From an uncultured Parachlamydiaceae bacterium (GTDB taxonomy: Bacteria > Chlamydiota > Chlamydiia > Chlamydiales > Parachlamydiaceae): 64,000 nucleotides of DNA. Shown here one piece after another: positions 1-9,914 of this stretch (positions are counted from its first letter, which is position 1; every line of letters begins with the position of its first letter). The stretch is taken from positions 704,001 through 768,000 of the forward strand of contig CAVULX010000003.1 of assembly GCA_963742415.1 (NCBI GenBank). The letters run 5' to 3'. Position numbers and translations under genes: made by a program. The notes beneath the pieces are model-generated. The model searched no databases and had not been told where the DNA came from. It saw only the letters and a list, made by a program, of their open reading frames with translations.

Positions 1-296
1 GGGTCAAGCGGAATTTTTTTTATTTCTTCAGCCATTTCAGGGGTCACGATTTCATCGCTGTCGATTGATAAGATCCAATCGTTTTTCGCCAGGGACGAGA
101 CTATATTGTGCGTGGGTCCGAATCCTTTGAACTTCCCCTTTTTAACAGTCACGTAAGGGAATCTCATAGCAATTTCGATAGTTGCATCGGAAGAGCCATT
201 ATCGTAAATAATCACTTCATCAAAGGATGAAAGGGACTCCAAAACTTCGCGAAGATATTTTTGACTATTTCTTGTCAAAATAGTGACGCTGATCAT
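1..296 (-). CDS. Glycosyltransferase family 2 (WaaE/KdtX-like LPS beta-glucosyltransferase), 3' end outside window
   Basis: Manual translation from ATG at 296: MISVTILTRNSQKYLREVLESLSSFDEVIIYDNGSSDATIEIA...GFGPTHN...NDWILSIDSDEIVT, a GT2 N-terminus with a DxD motif. Not in the ORF track because it is truncated. Confidence 0.85.
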   Translation of the reverse strand, partial: MISVTILTRNSQKYLREVLESLSSFDEVIIYDNGSSDATIEIAMRFPYVTVKKGKFKGFGPTHNIVSSLAKNDWILSIDSDEIVTPEMAEEIKKIPLD

Positions 297-299
297 AGT

Positions 300-776
300 T
301 CACTTGATATATCTTTGAATAGCCGCTAACACTCTCTCAAAATGACCTTCAACATTCACAGGCCGTTCAATCCATTGGATGATTCCGTCCCTGTCGATAA
401 GAAAAGTTGTTCGTTCTACGCCAATCTGGGGTTTTCCGTGAACTTGGCTTTGTTGTATCACTCCAAATTTCTTGCACAGTTCTTTATCATCATCAGCCAA
501 GAGTGTGAAATTGAGTTGATGTTTATCGATAAATTTTTGATGCGACGCTTCCCCATCAGGACTGACGCCGATCACGGAAACGTCGTAATCTGTTAGTTTG
601 TCCATGTTATCGCGGAAAGTGCATGCTTCCTTCGTGCAGGTGGGAGTATCATCTTTTGGATAAAAATAAAGGACAACGGGTGTTCCAATAAAATCCTCTG
701 AGTCTAAATCGTTCCCTTCTTGATCCTTAGCAGTAAACTCAGGAATGGCATCTCCAACTTGAATTTGATGGTTCAT
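300..776 (-). CDS. bcp: Thiol peroxidase BCP/PrxQ (peroxiredoxin)
   Basis: VVLYFYPKDDTPTCTKEACTFRD (PxxxTxxC with CxxxxC), GVSPD and ERTTFLID motifs. Confidence 0.92.
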   Translation of the reverse strand: MNHQIQVGDAIPEFTAKDQEGNDLDSEDFIGTPVVLYFYPKDDTPTCTKEACTFRDNMDKLTDYDVSVIGVSPDGEASHQKFIDKHQLNFTLLADDDKELCKKFGVIQQSQVHGKPQIGVERTTFLIDRDGIIQWIERPVNVEGHFERVLAAIQRYIK

Positions 777-829
777 GATGGGCTCCTCATATAAAATACT
801 TGGAATATCCTCATCGTATCATAAGAGGT

Positions 830-1987
830 CTAATGGAAACGAGCCCTTTTTTTCTGAAGAAAAGGGGATATGGCCTCTAGGATTACTTTCACTCTATGGT
901 CCCAGGTATGGTTTTTCATCACAATTTGCTTCCCTTTCTTCACTTCAGCTGATCGCACCGCCTCGTGGGTCAAGTAAGTGTTGATTGTATGATCCAGGGA
1001 TTTAACCCTCGCTGGATCAAAAAAAACGATCCCTTGGCGATCGGAAAAACTTTCCCGCAGATATTGGCTTTCATTCGTAATCACCAGAGTTTCGCAGGCT
1101 AAGCCCGAGAATATCCTTTCATGAGCCCCTTCTTTATTTTTCAAAGAGGGATTTAAGATCACCTTAGATCTTTTGATGATTTCTAAAGCTTGCTGATAAT
1201 CAACTGGGTTGTGCACGTAAATATTGGGGTGTTTTTTTCCTAGATAAGATTTCCAATTAGAGCGGTCAACGGTTCCTCCAAAAATATGAAGAGTGCTGCT
1301 AGGCACTGTTTTTGCTAATTCGGCTCGGTTTCTACCTTTGATGTAAAGTTCTAAGTCTTGAAAAATTTCGGTTAATTGTTTTGATTCAAAACGTGAAGAT
1401 GTTTGTTTATGGGCTTCATCAAATGCTGTAATAAAAGATGTTTTTGGCTCATCAAAGGTTTTTTCTACTATTTGTTCCATCAGGCGGCGAACAGAAGCAG
1501 GATATTTTTGTTTCCATTCTTTCCACCGATTTTCGTAATCGATAAATGTGGCTAGCATCACTACATCGAGGTCTTTTTTTTGATTTTTATGGCAACACAA
1601 CTCCGGTTCAACGGCATGAGGCAAAAAGAAAGTGTTTTCAAACTGTAAATTATTTAAAAAGGTGCATCCAGTCTTGTCATCGCAGCCAATCATTGTGTAA
1701 GAGCTTTCAATTAAGTATAAAAAACTATAAGGGGGGTCGACAAGCAAAGAGACGTGGGGGATTTGAAATTTCTCGCAGTAAAGGAGATGGTCTGGATCTC
1801 TTGGGCCCCCATTAAAGCCTATAGTAAAATCGGGAGGAGAAGTGGAAATGGCTTCGAGAAAGCTGTCCCCGTTTAACAAACGGCATGCATGGCCTAAGCG
1901 TACAAAAGCTTCGTAAAGCTTCAGGGTAAAATGGGGAAGAACTTCATACTGGCTTGTTTTGCCCAGAAGAACATCGATTTTTGCCAT
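830..1987 (-). CDS. GT-B glycosyltransferase, CgeB-like (Glyco_trans_1_2 C-terminal domain)
   Basis: FFLPHAV, SKVILN, HERIFSGLACETLVIT and NHTWDHRV motifs. ATG at 1987 preferred over the TTG at 2011. Paralog of the adjacent gene. Confidence 0.75.
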   Translation of the reverse strand: MAKIDVLLGKTSQYEVLPHFTLKLYEAFVRLGHACRLLNGDSFLEAISTSPPDFTIGFNGGPRDPDHLLYCEKFQIPHVSLLVDPPYSFLYLIESSYTMIGCDDKTGCTFLNNLQFENTFFLPHAVEPELCCHKNQKKDLDVVMLATFIDYENRWKEWKQKYPASVRRLMEQIVEKTFDEPKTSFITAFDEAHKQTSSRFESKQLTEIFQDLELYIKGRNRAELAKTVPSSTLHIFGGTVDRSNWKSYLGKKHPNIYVHNPVDYQQALEIIKRSKVILNPSLKNKEGAHERIFSGLACETLVITNESQYLRESFSDRQGIVFFDPARVKSLDHTINTYLTHEAVRSAEVKKGKQIVMKNHTWDHRVKVILEAISPFLQKKRARFH

Positions 1988-2018
1988 TTTTTGAGACCGC
2001 CTATCTTGCAACTGAGGT

Positions 2019-3203
2019 TTAAAGGTCAGCTGTGAGATTGTTCAATACAGGATCCAATTCCTTCAACAAGGTTGTGGCGCGAAAATCCCAGGAATGGTGA
2101 TGGATGGCTTGTTCCCGGCCGGCTGCAGCGATTTGTTTTCTTGCGGCATCATCAGTTAGGTAAAAATTAATCATTGAGTTGACTTTATCCAAGTCGTTGT
2201 ATTGGTAAAAAAGGATATTTTTTTCGTTGGTAAAATGATCTTTCATAAAGTCGTTCCCTTCTGTCAAAACTAAAGCTTCACTGGCTAAACCCGATAAGGT
2301 CCTTTCATGGGTCCCCTGTTTGATCCAGGCACAGCTATTCAGGATGATTTTACTTTTTTGCATGATTTCGAGGGCTTGATCAAAGGGCACGGCTGGATGA
2401 ATAACCACATTGCTTTGCTCCTTGCCTAGCTGTTTTTTCCAATCCGTTGCGGGTGAAGGGGATCCGAAAATGTCGACACGCGCATCTGTAATTGATTTCA
2501 CAAGCTCTACTCGGGCTCTCCCTCGAACGTACATTTCAAGTTCATCAAGGAGTTCTATCAAATTAATCTTTTGGGGGTCGATTTTACCTTCCATAACAAA
2601 CTTTTCCATGACATTGGCACAAGCGTGGATGTAAGAAGTTTTGGGGTCATACAAAGCGATCTCAGCTGATTGTTCAAGGATTTTTCTCAAGGGGGCGGGC
2701 AATTTTGTCCAGTCTGTCCGAATTTTTTCATAATCGATGCATGAAGCTAAAAAGGTGACATCATAGGGGCGTTCATCTTTGGGGTGAAGATGGAGGTTTT
2801 TTTCAATGCCATGAGGGAGAAAAAAGACATTTTTGCAATGGATCCCCTTAAAAAATTCGCAAGCTCCTTGGTCGACCGAAGCAATAATGGTCAGGGGGCT
2901 TCGTGACAAAGAAACGTACCCATTGGGGGAGTCTACAATGTAGGCGATGTGGGGGATCCGGATTAAATCGCAAAAAAACCTTCCCTCCTCATCGGGCAAC
3001 AGCCCATTAAAAGAGAGGGTGCAATCGGGCGGATCTTTAAATAATTCAGTTAGAAAGGGTTTTGGATTGTCATATTGAGCTTCCAAAATACGGCTCACTA
3101 CACCTAACCTCAAAAGAGCTTCATGGAATTTGATTGTAAAATGGTGCAGTACTCCGTACTGGCTGACATTGGGGGGCATAAAAAGATCGATTCGCTTGAT
3201 CAT
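2019..3203 (-). CDS. GT-B glycosyltransferase, CgeB-like; tandem paralog of 830..1987
   Basis: SQYGVLHHFT, FFLPHG, SKIILN, HERTLSGLASEALVLT and HHSWDFRA align with the neighbour. Start chosen at ATG 3203 (MIKRIDLF), preceded by a GGAG-like RBS. Confidence 0.75.
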   Translation of the reverse strand: MIKRIDLFMPPNVSQYGVLHHFTIKFHEALLRLGVVSRILEAQYDNPKPFLTELFKDPPDCTLSFNGLLPDEEGRFFCDLIRIPHIAYIVDSPNGYVSLSRSPLTIIASVDQGACEFFKGIHCKNVFFLPHGIEKNLHLHPKDERPYDVTFLASCIDYEKIRTDWTKLPAPLRKILEQSAEIALYDPKTSYIHACANVMEKFVMEGKIDPQKINLIELLDELEMYVRGRARVELVKSITDARVDIFGSPSPATDWKKQLGKEQSNVVIHPAVPFDQALEIMQKSKIILNSCAWIKQGTHERTLSGLASEALVLTEGNDFMKDHFTNEKNILFYQYNDLDKVNSMINFYLTDDAARKQIAAAGREQAIHHHSWDFRATTLLKELDPVLNNLTADL

Positions 3204-3232
3204 AATTCTCCTGTATGAGGCTTCTTTTATAC

Positions 3233-3679
3233 TTAGTGGATAGGGATCCACTTTTTACGAGCACCGAGTGTTTTCCCTTTCCGTTCACTTGAAAGATTTT
3301 CTCTGGTGTGTTGCTTTGGTTTTAATTCCATCCCTAAGGCTGTCCATACTTTTTCCCCTAACATTTCTTTGCTTTTTGCCATTTTTTCCCAATCAGCAGG
3401 GGAAAAATTTTTAGGGTTTTCCATGAAGGCTTTAATATCTTCGTCACTCAGACCTGTTCTTTGTTTGACATCCTCCATTTTATTTTGCAAGTCTTGCTGC
3501 ATTGTATCAATTTTTTGCAGCATTTCGTTTATCTCAGGATCTCGGTGTTTAAGGGGGGTACCAAAGGGGGACTTGGTTGCAGCTTGGGCTGTAGGAGGAG
3601 CGGGAGTTTCTCCGGAAATTTTTTTTTTGCTTTTTCGGCCTAATTTTTTTGCGGCCGCTTCAAATATATTTTTTTCCAT
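3233..3679 (-). CDS. Hypothetical basic/coiled-coil protein, first gene of the leftward operon
   Basis: 148-aa ATG ORF co-oriented with the GT genes. Helical composition with a basic C-terminal motif (GKTLGARKKWIPIH). Confidence 0.65.
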   Translation of the reverse strand: MEKNIFEAAAKKLGRKSKKKISGETPAPPTAQAATKSPFGTPLKHRDPEINEMLQKIDTMQQDLQNKMEDVKQRTGLSDEDIKAFMENPKNFSPADWEKMAKSKEMLGEKVWTALGMELKPKQHTRENLSSERKGKTLGARKKWIPIH

Positions 3680-3761
3680 GGATACCAGTTTACAGAGGGG
3701 CTTTATTTTATTTTAACACATAAAAATAAAATTTTCATAATCCTATTCGATAATCTTTAAA

Positions 3762-3791
3762 TTGATAATAAATAAATCAGAGGGCTATACT
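3762..3791 (+). promoter_or_regulatory. Putative sigma70/sigma66 promoter for greA operon
   Basis: TTGATA (3762-3767), 18-nt spacer, TATACT (3786-3791), about 120 nt upstream of the greA ATG. Confidence 0.45.
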
Positions 3792-3908
3792 TTTTTCCAC
3801 GGAGATGTGCACATATAATGAAACTTATAAGGGGGCCCCATGTAGCCTGTTACATGGGTCGCCATAACAATCTTTGGGCAAAACTTCCGACAAAAAAGGA
3901 ATTTTAGG

Positions 3909-6084
3909 ATGGGTTATCTTGAGGATCTTCAACAACAAATTAATAATCGTGATTTTAATAAATTCTGGCAACTATGGGAGGAATATTGCACTAGCGACAC
4001 CGTCGACATCGAAGAGTATGTAAATATTTTAAAAGCTATTAAAGCTTCCGATTTCGCTAAGCAATTCGGGCAGCTCATTGAAACAGCTATTCCCCTCTGG
4101 GAAACAATAAAAGATCCTAAAGGAAGCTATGAAATTCTCTCACTGCTAATCGATTTGCAAACGACGAATAGCCCTAAATTGGCCGATTTAGCTTACCAAG
4201 CTTTAAAAGAGAAACATGGTAACCAGGACCAATTTAACGAAAGACTACGGCTCGTAGGGCTGCGGACCCGTGATAATTTTCAAGGGGCTCTATCTTATTA
4301 CGATCTGCTTTTCCATATGGACAAAGGGAAGTTTGTTTTTCATACCGGAGGGTGGGGAACAGGGGAAATTGTCGATCTTTCTCCCATCCGGGAGCAAGTT
4401 TCTGTTGAATTTGAACATATTTCGGGAAGGAAACACTTCACTTTTGCCAATGCTTATAAAAACCTGATACCCCTTGCCGATGATAATTTTCTAGTCCGCC
4501 GCTTCGCCGATGCTGATGTTTTAGAAAAAGAAGCTAAAGAGGACCCTATAGCTGTCATCAAAATGCTTTTACGTGACATGGGGCCAAAGACAGCTATAGA
4601 AATCAAAGATGAACTCTGTGAAAGGGTCATTCCCGAGCAGGATTGGACAAAATGGTGGCAAAGCGCTCGAAGCAAGATCAAGAAAGATACCCTGATCGAG
4701 GCTCCCGAAGCATCGAAAGAGCCCTTTAAGCTGCACAAAGCTGAAGTGACCCATGAAGAGCGTTTACATAAAGCCATCACTAAAAAGAGCTCCATCGACG
4801 AACTCATTCAAGTCTCCTATGCTTTCGTACGTGATAATCCCGCCATGTTAAAAAAAGAAGAGGTGAGAAATTCGATCCAAAAAAAATTAACCGATGCTCT
4901 CCAAGCTCCTGATGTTTCCGAAGCTCAAAAGCTCCAAATCCACATTTTTCGGGAAACCCTCTTTGGTTACAAAGAAGAAGGGAAAGGGGTTAAGCATTTA
5001 ATCCAACACATAGATAACTTTGAAGAACTTATCGAAGCCATCGATGTGATTGCTTTTAAAAAACGGCTTCTAACTTTTATCCGGGAGTACCGTAAAGATT
5101 GGAGTAAGATTTTTCTCGAATTGTTATTTACCCAGCAACAAAGTACTGTGCGGGAATATCTCTTGAAAGAATTAAGCCATGAAGAGGAAAAAAAGCTCTT
5201 AGAAGCTAAGTTAAAAGATCTTTCATTACATCCTTTCAAAGCCCCCGAATTTTTAGTCTGGTACTTCCAAAAGCTCGTCAGTAAAGACAAAGATGAATTT
5301 TTGTTCAGTGATAAAGAAGGACAATGCCGTTTCTTTGAATCCTTCCTTATCCTATTTAGCCTTCTCGATTCAAAAGCGGAATATAAAGACTTAGCAAAAA
5401 AAATGTATCTCTTTATCACAGGCAAAAGGTACGCCATCGTCAGAAATATCCTTCATGATGCTTCTGTTGATTTTATTAAAGAATTTCTTCTGCTTGCGGC
5501 CAAGTGCCACGCTTTCACCGATCACGATCAAAAAATTCTTCGCTCCCTTGCTGAAGTGGCTGACCCTTCCATCGGCTCAGAAAAATCGCGGAAAGATCAT
5601 CCTCACTTTGATCATCAGACTTTATGGACGCACAGAGCAGGGATATCAACGCACAAAAGAGCGGATGCATAAAATCAGCACGACGGAAATGGTTGATAAC
5701 GCGAAGGAAATCGAAGCAGCGCGTGCTCTAGGGGACCTCCGTGAAAATTCCGAGTACAAGTTCGCCCTTGAGCGACGCTCAAGGTTGCAATCTGAGTTGC
5801 GCCATCTATCAGAACAAATCAGTCGTGCGCGTATTATTACGAAAGATGATATCCTCCCCGAAGAGGTCAGTATCGGCAGTATCGTTGAGGTGGTCAACTC
5901 TCAAGGAAAAACAATGACATATACAATTTTAGGGCCTTGGGACGCCGATCCGGAAAAAGGAGTTGTATCGGCCCAATCAAAATTTGCCCAAGCGATGGCA
6001 GGCCTTAAGAAAGGGGATTCATTTCAATTCAAGGAGGAAGAATATCAAATTGTGGACTTAAAAAACTTTATGGACGATGAGTAA
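3909..6084 (+). CDS. greA: Chlamydial-type long transcription elongation factor GreA; one extra base near 5631 splits it into two ORFs
   Basis: The C-terminal ORF has EIEAARALGDLRENSEYKFA and TILGPWDADPEKGVVS. Removing one base in TGG ACG C ACA GAG CAG GGA TAT restores LWTTEQGYQR and gives a ~724-aa protein. Confidence 0.9.
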
Positions 6085-6700
6085 AGATATGGAAATCGTA
6101 ATTGCTAGCATGAATTTACATAAAATTCGTGAACTTAGGGAAATGTTTAAACCGTTCCCGATTTGGGATATCCTTTCTCTTCATAATTTTCCCGACTACG
6201 CCTCCCCGGAAGAGCATGGAAAAACATTCAAAAGCAATGCTCTGATCAAAGCCAAACAAGGGGCAGAAGTTTTGCAAAAGTGGGTTTTAGCCGACGATTC
6301 GGGGCTGGTCGTTCCTAGCTTAGGAGGAGCCCCGGGCGTTAATTCCCGCCGTTATGCGGGGGAAGATGCCACCGATGCGGAAAATAGGCAGAAGCTGCTC
6401 CAAGAGATGAAAGATAAAAAGGACCACGAACGTGCCGCTTATTTCGAATGCTGCCTTGCCATCGGGAGTCCCGATGGTCTTGTTAAGTCATTCACAGGGA
6501 TTTGCGAAGGGATTATTTTGACTGAGGAAAGGGGGCGCAACGGATTTGGATATGATTCCCTTTTTGTAAAACACGATTACGATAAGAGCTTCGCAGAAAT
6601 AGATGATACGACCAAAAATCGGGTCTCCCACCGGCGGAAAGCTTTTGAAAAGCTGATTGTTTTTCTAGAATCTTTTGCTGCTAAGGCACAACAACATTAG
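6077..6700 (+). CDS. rdgB: Non-canonical purine NTP pyrophosphatase (HAM1/RdgB)
   Basis: ASMNLHKIRE, LADDSGL, GAPGVNSRRYAG, GFGYDSLF and KNRVSHRRKA motifs. Confidence 0.95.
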   Translation: MSKDMEIVIASMNLHKIRELREMFKPFPIWDILSLHNFPDYASPEEHGKTFKSNALIKAKQGAEVLQKWVLADDSGLVVPSLGGAPGVNSRRYAGEDATDAENRQKLLQEMKDKKDHERAAYFECCLAIGSPDGLVKSFTGICEGIILTEERGRNGFGYDSLFVKHDYDKSFAEIDDTTKNRVSHRRKAFEKLIVFLESFAAKAQQH

Positions 6701-6721
6701 AAGCTTATGCATTAGGAGGTT

Positions 6722-7399
6722 ATGCATTATCTCATTGACGGATACAACTGGATTTTTCGAATTTTACGTGCCGGCAATGATTTGATCGAACAACGGACCA
6801 AAATGGTCCGGGAGCTCAATGAAAAAGCTCAATATCTCGACCTCAACATGACGATTGTTTTTGATGCCCATCATCAAGGTGGTGAGTTGCATAAATCCCA
6901 TTTTAAACATGTGGAGATTGTTTTTACTGCGGCAGGGGAAACGGCTGATGATTATATTCTTCACTATTTGAAGCACTGCCGCCTCCCAGATGAATGTACA
7001 GTGGTCACTTCGGACAAAAAGTTGGCTTGGCAGGCAAGGCGCCGTAGTGCAAAAACAGAGGAGATCAGCCCCTTCTTACAGTGGCTTGATAAAAGGTATG
7101 TAAACAAAAAGCGGCGTATAAAAAAGCCTTCGCCGGCACCTCATGTTCCCAAGGCTTTGCCTCCAAAAAAGGAGGCCCAAAAGGGACCTGGGATTGATGT
7201 GATGCCTGAAGATTGCTTTGATTACTATCTACAGGAGTTTGAAAAGAGTCTTCAAGCAGTCGAATCAAAGGAAAAAATAAAAAAGCCCTCCACACCCAAG
7301 TATAAATCACGCAAGAAAAAATTCAAACCCAAAGAGCAGCCAGAATTAAGTTCCGCCGAAGATGACTTTAATCGTTGGCTGACAGCTTTTACTGAATAA
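6722..7399 (+). CDS. NYN-domain (YacP-like) RNA-binding protein/nuclease
   Basis: YLIDGYN, IVFDA, ETADDYI and VVTSDKKL motifs. GGAGG RBS upstream. Confidence 0.85.
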   Translation: MHYLIDGYNWIFRILRAGNDLIEQRTKMVRELNEKAQYLDLNMTIVFDAHHQGGELHKSHFKHVEIVFTAAGETADDYILHYLKHCRLPDECTVVTSDKKLAWQARRRSAKTEEISPFLQWLDKRYVNKKRRIKKPSPAPHVPKALPPKKEAQKGPGIDVMPEDCFDYYLQEFEKSLQAVESKEKIKKPSTPKYKSRKKKFKPKEQPELSSAEDDFNRWLTAFTE

Positions 7400-7428
7400 A
7401 ATAAAAAAATAGGATTCATTTAAAATAA

Positions 7429-8454
7429 ATGGCCACTCTTATTGAAATCCAACAAGTATCGAAAGGATATGGAAGTGCAAAGCAACGTGTCAACGCATTG
7501 CACAATGTTTCCCTATCCATCGAAGAAAAAGATGTTTTTGGAATTGTCGGCTTAAGTGGTGCGGGTAAATCTACTCTGATCCGTTCTCTGGCTGCTTTGG
7601 TCACCCCCTCTTCAGGGAGAATTCTATTTTCCGGGAGCGATATCGCTCATATGAGGGAAGAAGGATTGCGGAATTTCCGAAAAAATATTGGGATGATCTT
7701 TCAACATTTTAATTTGCTATCCTCACGCACCGTTGCAGGCAATATAGCCTATCCTTTGGAAATCATCAATACCCCCAAAGAGGAGCAACAAAAGCGTGTC
7801 GATGAGTTGCTTGGGCTTGTTGAGCTCGAAGCAAAAAAAGATGCTTATCCTTCCCAGCTGAGCGGTGGAGAAAAGCAACGTGTTGGCATTGCCCGCGCCT
7901 TGGCGACACATCCTGCCGTTATGTTATGTGATGAAGCCACCTCTGCTTTAGATCCCAAAACAACCCGAGAGATTTTAAGCTTATTGCAAAATATCAATAA
8001 AAAACTCGGGGTTACCATCGTTTTAATTACCCATGAAATGGAAGTGATTAAACAGATCTGCAATAAAGTAGCTGTGATCGATAAAGGCTCCATTGTCGAA
8101 ACAGGCTTGGTGACTGAAATTTTCGCCGATCCTCAACACTCCATAACGAAACACTTTTTAGAAAAATCTTCCCACGAACTCCCTTCCGAATTCTATAAAG
8201 AGGTTTCCCCGAACAGAAAACTTTTAAGATTAAAATTCAAAGGAAATGTCGCAAGCGAGCCTGTCATTTCAGAAATTGTTAAAAGGTTTAATGTGGATGC
8301 CAACATTTTATTAGGATGGATCGATCGTCTCCAATCGTTGACGATCGGGACTTTAATCATCGAACTCATGGGGGCTCCGGAAGGGATTCAAAACGCCATA
8401 CATTATCTCGATCAGAAATCGGTTAAATATGAGGTGATTGAAAATGAGCCCTGA
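7429..8454 (+). CDS. metN: Methionine ABC transporter ATP-binding protein
   Basis: GLSGAGKSTL, MIFQHFNLLSSRTV, LSGGEKQRVGIARAL and CDEATSALDP motifs, plus a C-terminal NIL domain. Confidence 0.95.
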   Translation: MATLIEIQQVSKGYGSAKQRVNALHNVSLSIEEKDVFGIVGLSGAGKSTLIRSLAALVTPSSGRILFSGSDIAHMREEGLRNFRKNIGMIFQHFNLLSSRTVAGNIAYPLEIINTPKEEQQKRVDELLGLVELEAKKDAYPSQLSGGEKQRVGIARALATHPAVMLCDEATSALDPKTTREILSLLQNINKKLGVTIVLITHEMEVIKQICNKVAVIDKGSIVETGLVTEIFADPQHSITKHFLEKSSHELPSEFYKEVSPNRKLLRLKFKGNVASEPVISEIVKRFNVDANILLGWIDRLQSLTIGTLIIELMGAPEGIQNAIHYLDQKSVKYEVIENEP

Positions 8455-9130
8455 AAATATTCAACTTGCCTTGCACCTATTGCCTCTGCAATTGTGGAAC
8501 ACGATTTACATGGTTGTAATATCCACCTTTTTCGCAGTCCTTATCGGATTGCCCATTGGGGTCATTTTGGCAATTACAGACAAAGGGCATATCAAAGAAA
8601 ACGTCAAGTTTTATAAAATTTTAGAAACCATCGTCAACATTGGCCGCTCTTTTCCTTTTGCAATTCTTATGGTTGCTCTTATCCCCGTCACAAGGTGGAT
8701 TGTAGGGACTAGTTTGGGAACGACTGCTTCGATCGTCCCTCTGACGATCGCCGCAGCGCCCTTTGTCGCAAGGCTGATTGAAACAAGCCTCAAAGAGGTT
8801 GACCACGCGATTCTCGAAGCTGTCATTGTCATGGGATCCAACACATGGCAAATCATCACGAAAGTATTGCTACCCGAAGCTTTGCCTTCCATCGTATCAG
8901 GAATCACGCTCACGATCATTAATGTAATAGGATATAGTGCCATGGCAGGCATTGTGGGGGGCGGCGGATTGGGACAGGTGGCTATTCAGTACGGCTACAA
9001 CCGTTTTAATACTTTTATCATGGTTGTCACTGTGATCCTTCTCATCCTTTTGGTCCAGTGTGTGCAATGGCTTGGCGGTTATATCGTCAAATCAATTTAT
9101 AAAAAACGGGGAAAACTATCTCATGAATAA
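8444..9130 (+). CDS. metI: Methionine ABC transporter permease
   Basis: NIGRSFPFAILMV, PFVARLIE, LLPEALP and GYSAMAGIVGGGGLG motifs. Confidence 0.95.
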   Translation: MSPENIQLALHLLPLQLWNTIYMVVISTFFAVLIGLPIGVILAITDKGHIKENVKFYKILETIVNIGRSFPFAILMVALIPVTRWIVGTSLGTTASIVPLTIAAAPFVARLIETSLKEVDHAILEAVIVMGSNTWQIITKVLLPEALPSIVSGITLTIINVIGYSAMAGIVGGGGLGQVAIQYGYNRFNTFIMVVTVILLILLVQCVQWLGGYIVKSIYKKRGKLSHE

Positions 9131-9914
9131 ATATTATTTTTATATCGTATGCGCACTGCCGCTTTTTTTCTCAGTTAGCTGTTCTTCTGAATCCAAAAAA
9201 GGGCTTAAAATTGCGGCTACACCTGTTCCTCACGCCCAAATTTTGGAATTTGCCAAGTCCGACCTTAAAGCCCAAGGGATCGATCTCGACATCATTGTTA
9301 CCGACGATTACAATATGCCTAATCGTGCTTTAGCCAATCACGAAGTCGATGCGAATTTCTTCCAACACCTCCCTTTCCTGCAGGAACAGATCAAGCAATT
9401 TCATTATCCGATTAAAAGCCTTGCGGCCATCGAATTGGAGCCGATGGGAGTTTATTCAAAAAAAATCAAGTCCCTGTCCGAGTTGAAAGAAAATGGAAAA
9501 ATAGCTGTCCCTAATGATCCTACAAATGAAGGAAGGGCCCTGCTTTTACTGCAAAGAGAGGGGGTAATCAAACTGGATCATTCCCAAAATTTGCAAGCCA
9601 CGGTTTTGAATATCGCCGATAACCCAAAGCACCTTAAGTTTATTGAAGTGGATGCAGCTATGCTTCCGCGGGCATTGGAAGATGTTGACGCAGCCGTTAT
9701 CAACACCAATTTTGCTTTGGGAGCTCATTTATCTCCTTTGAAGGACGCGTTAGCCATCGAAGATAAAGATTCCCCCTATGCAAATATTGTGGCCATTCGG
9801 ATAGAAGATGAAAATCGTCCGGACATTCAAGCTTTGAAAAAAGCTTTGACCACAGACAAAATGAAGCAATACATTTTGGAGCAATACAAAGGGGCCATTT
9901 TGCCTGCGTTTTAA
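9123..9914 (+). CDS. metQ: Methionine ABC transporter substrate-binding lipoprotein (MetQ/NlpA)
   Basis: Lipobox-like SVSC, ATPVPHAQIL, DANFFQHLPFL and IAVPNDPTNEGRAL motifs. ATG 9123 overlaps the metI stop. Confidence 0.93.
   Translation: MNKYYFYIVCALPLFFSVSCSSESKKGLKIAATPVPHAQILEFAKSDLKAQGIDLDIIVTDDYNMPNRALANHEVDANFFQHLPFLQEQIKQFHYPIKSLAAIELEPMGVYSKKIKSLSELKENGKIAVPNDPTNEGRALLLLQREGVIKLDHSQNLQATVLNIADNPKHLKFIEVDAAMLPRALEDVDAAVINTNFALGAHLSPLKDALAIEDKDSPYANIVAIRIEDENRPDIQALKKALTTDKMKQYILEQYKGAILPAF

Noticed and set aside
7400..7428. SAM riboswitch/T-box before metN
   Set aside because: Only 29 bp of AT-rich intergenic sequence, too short for either element.
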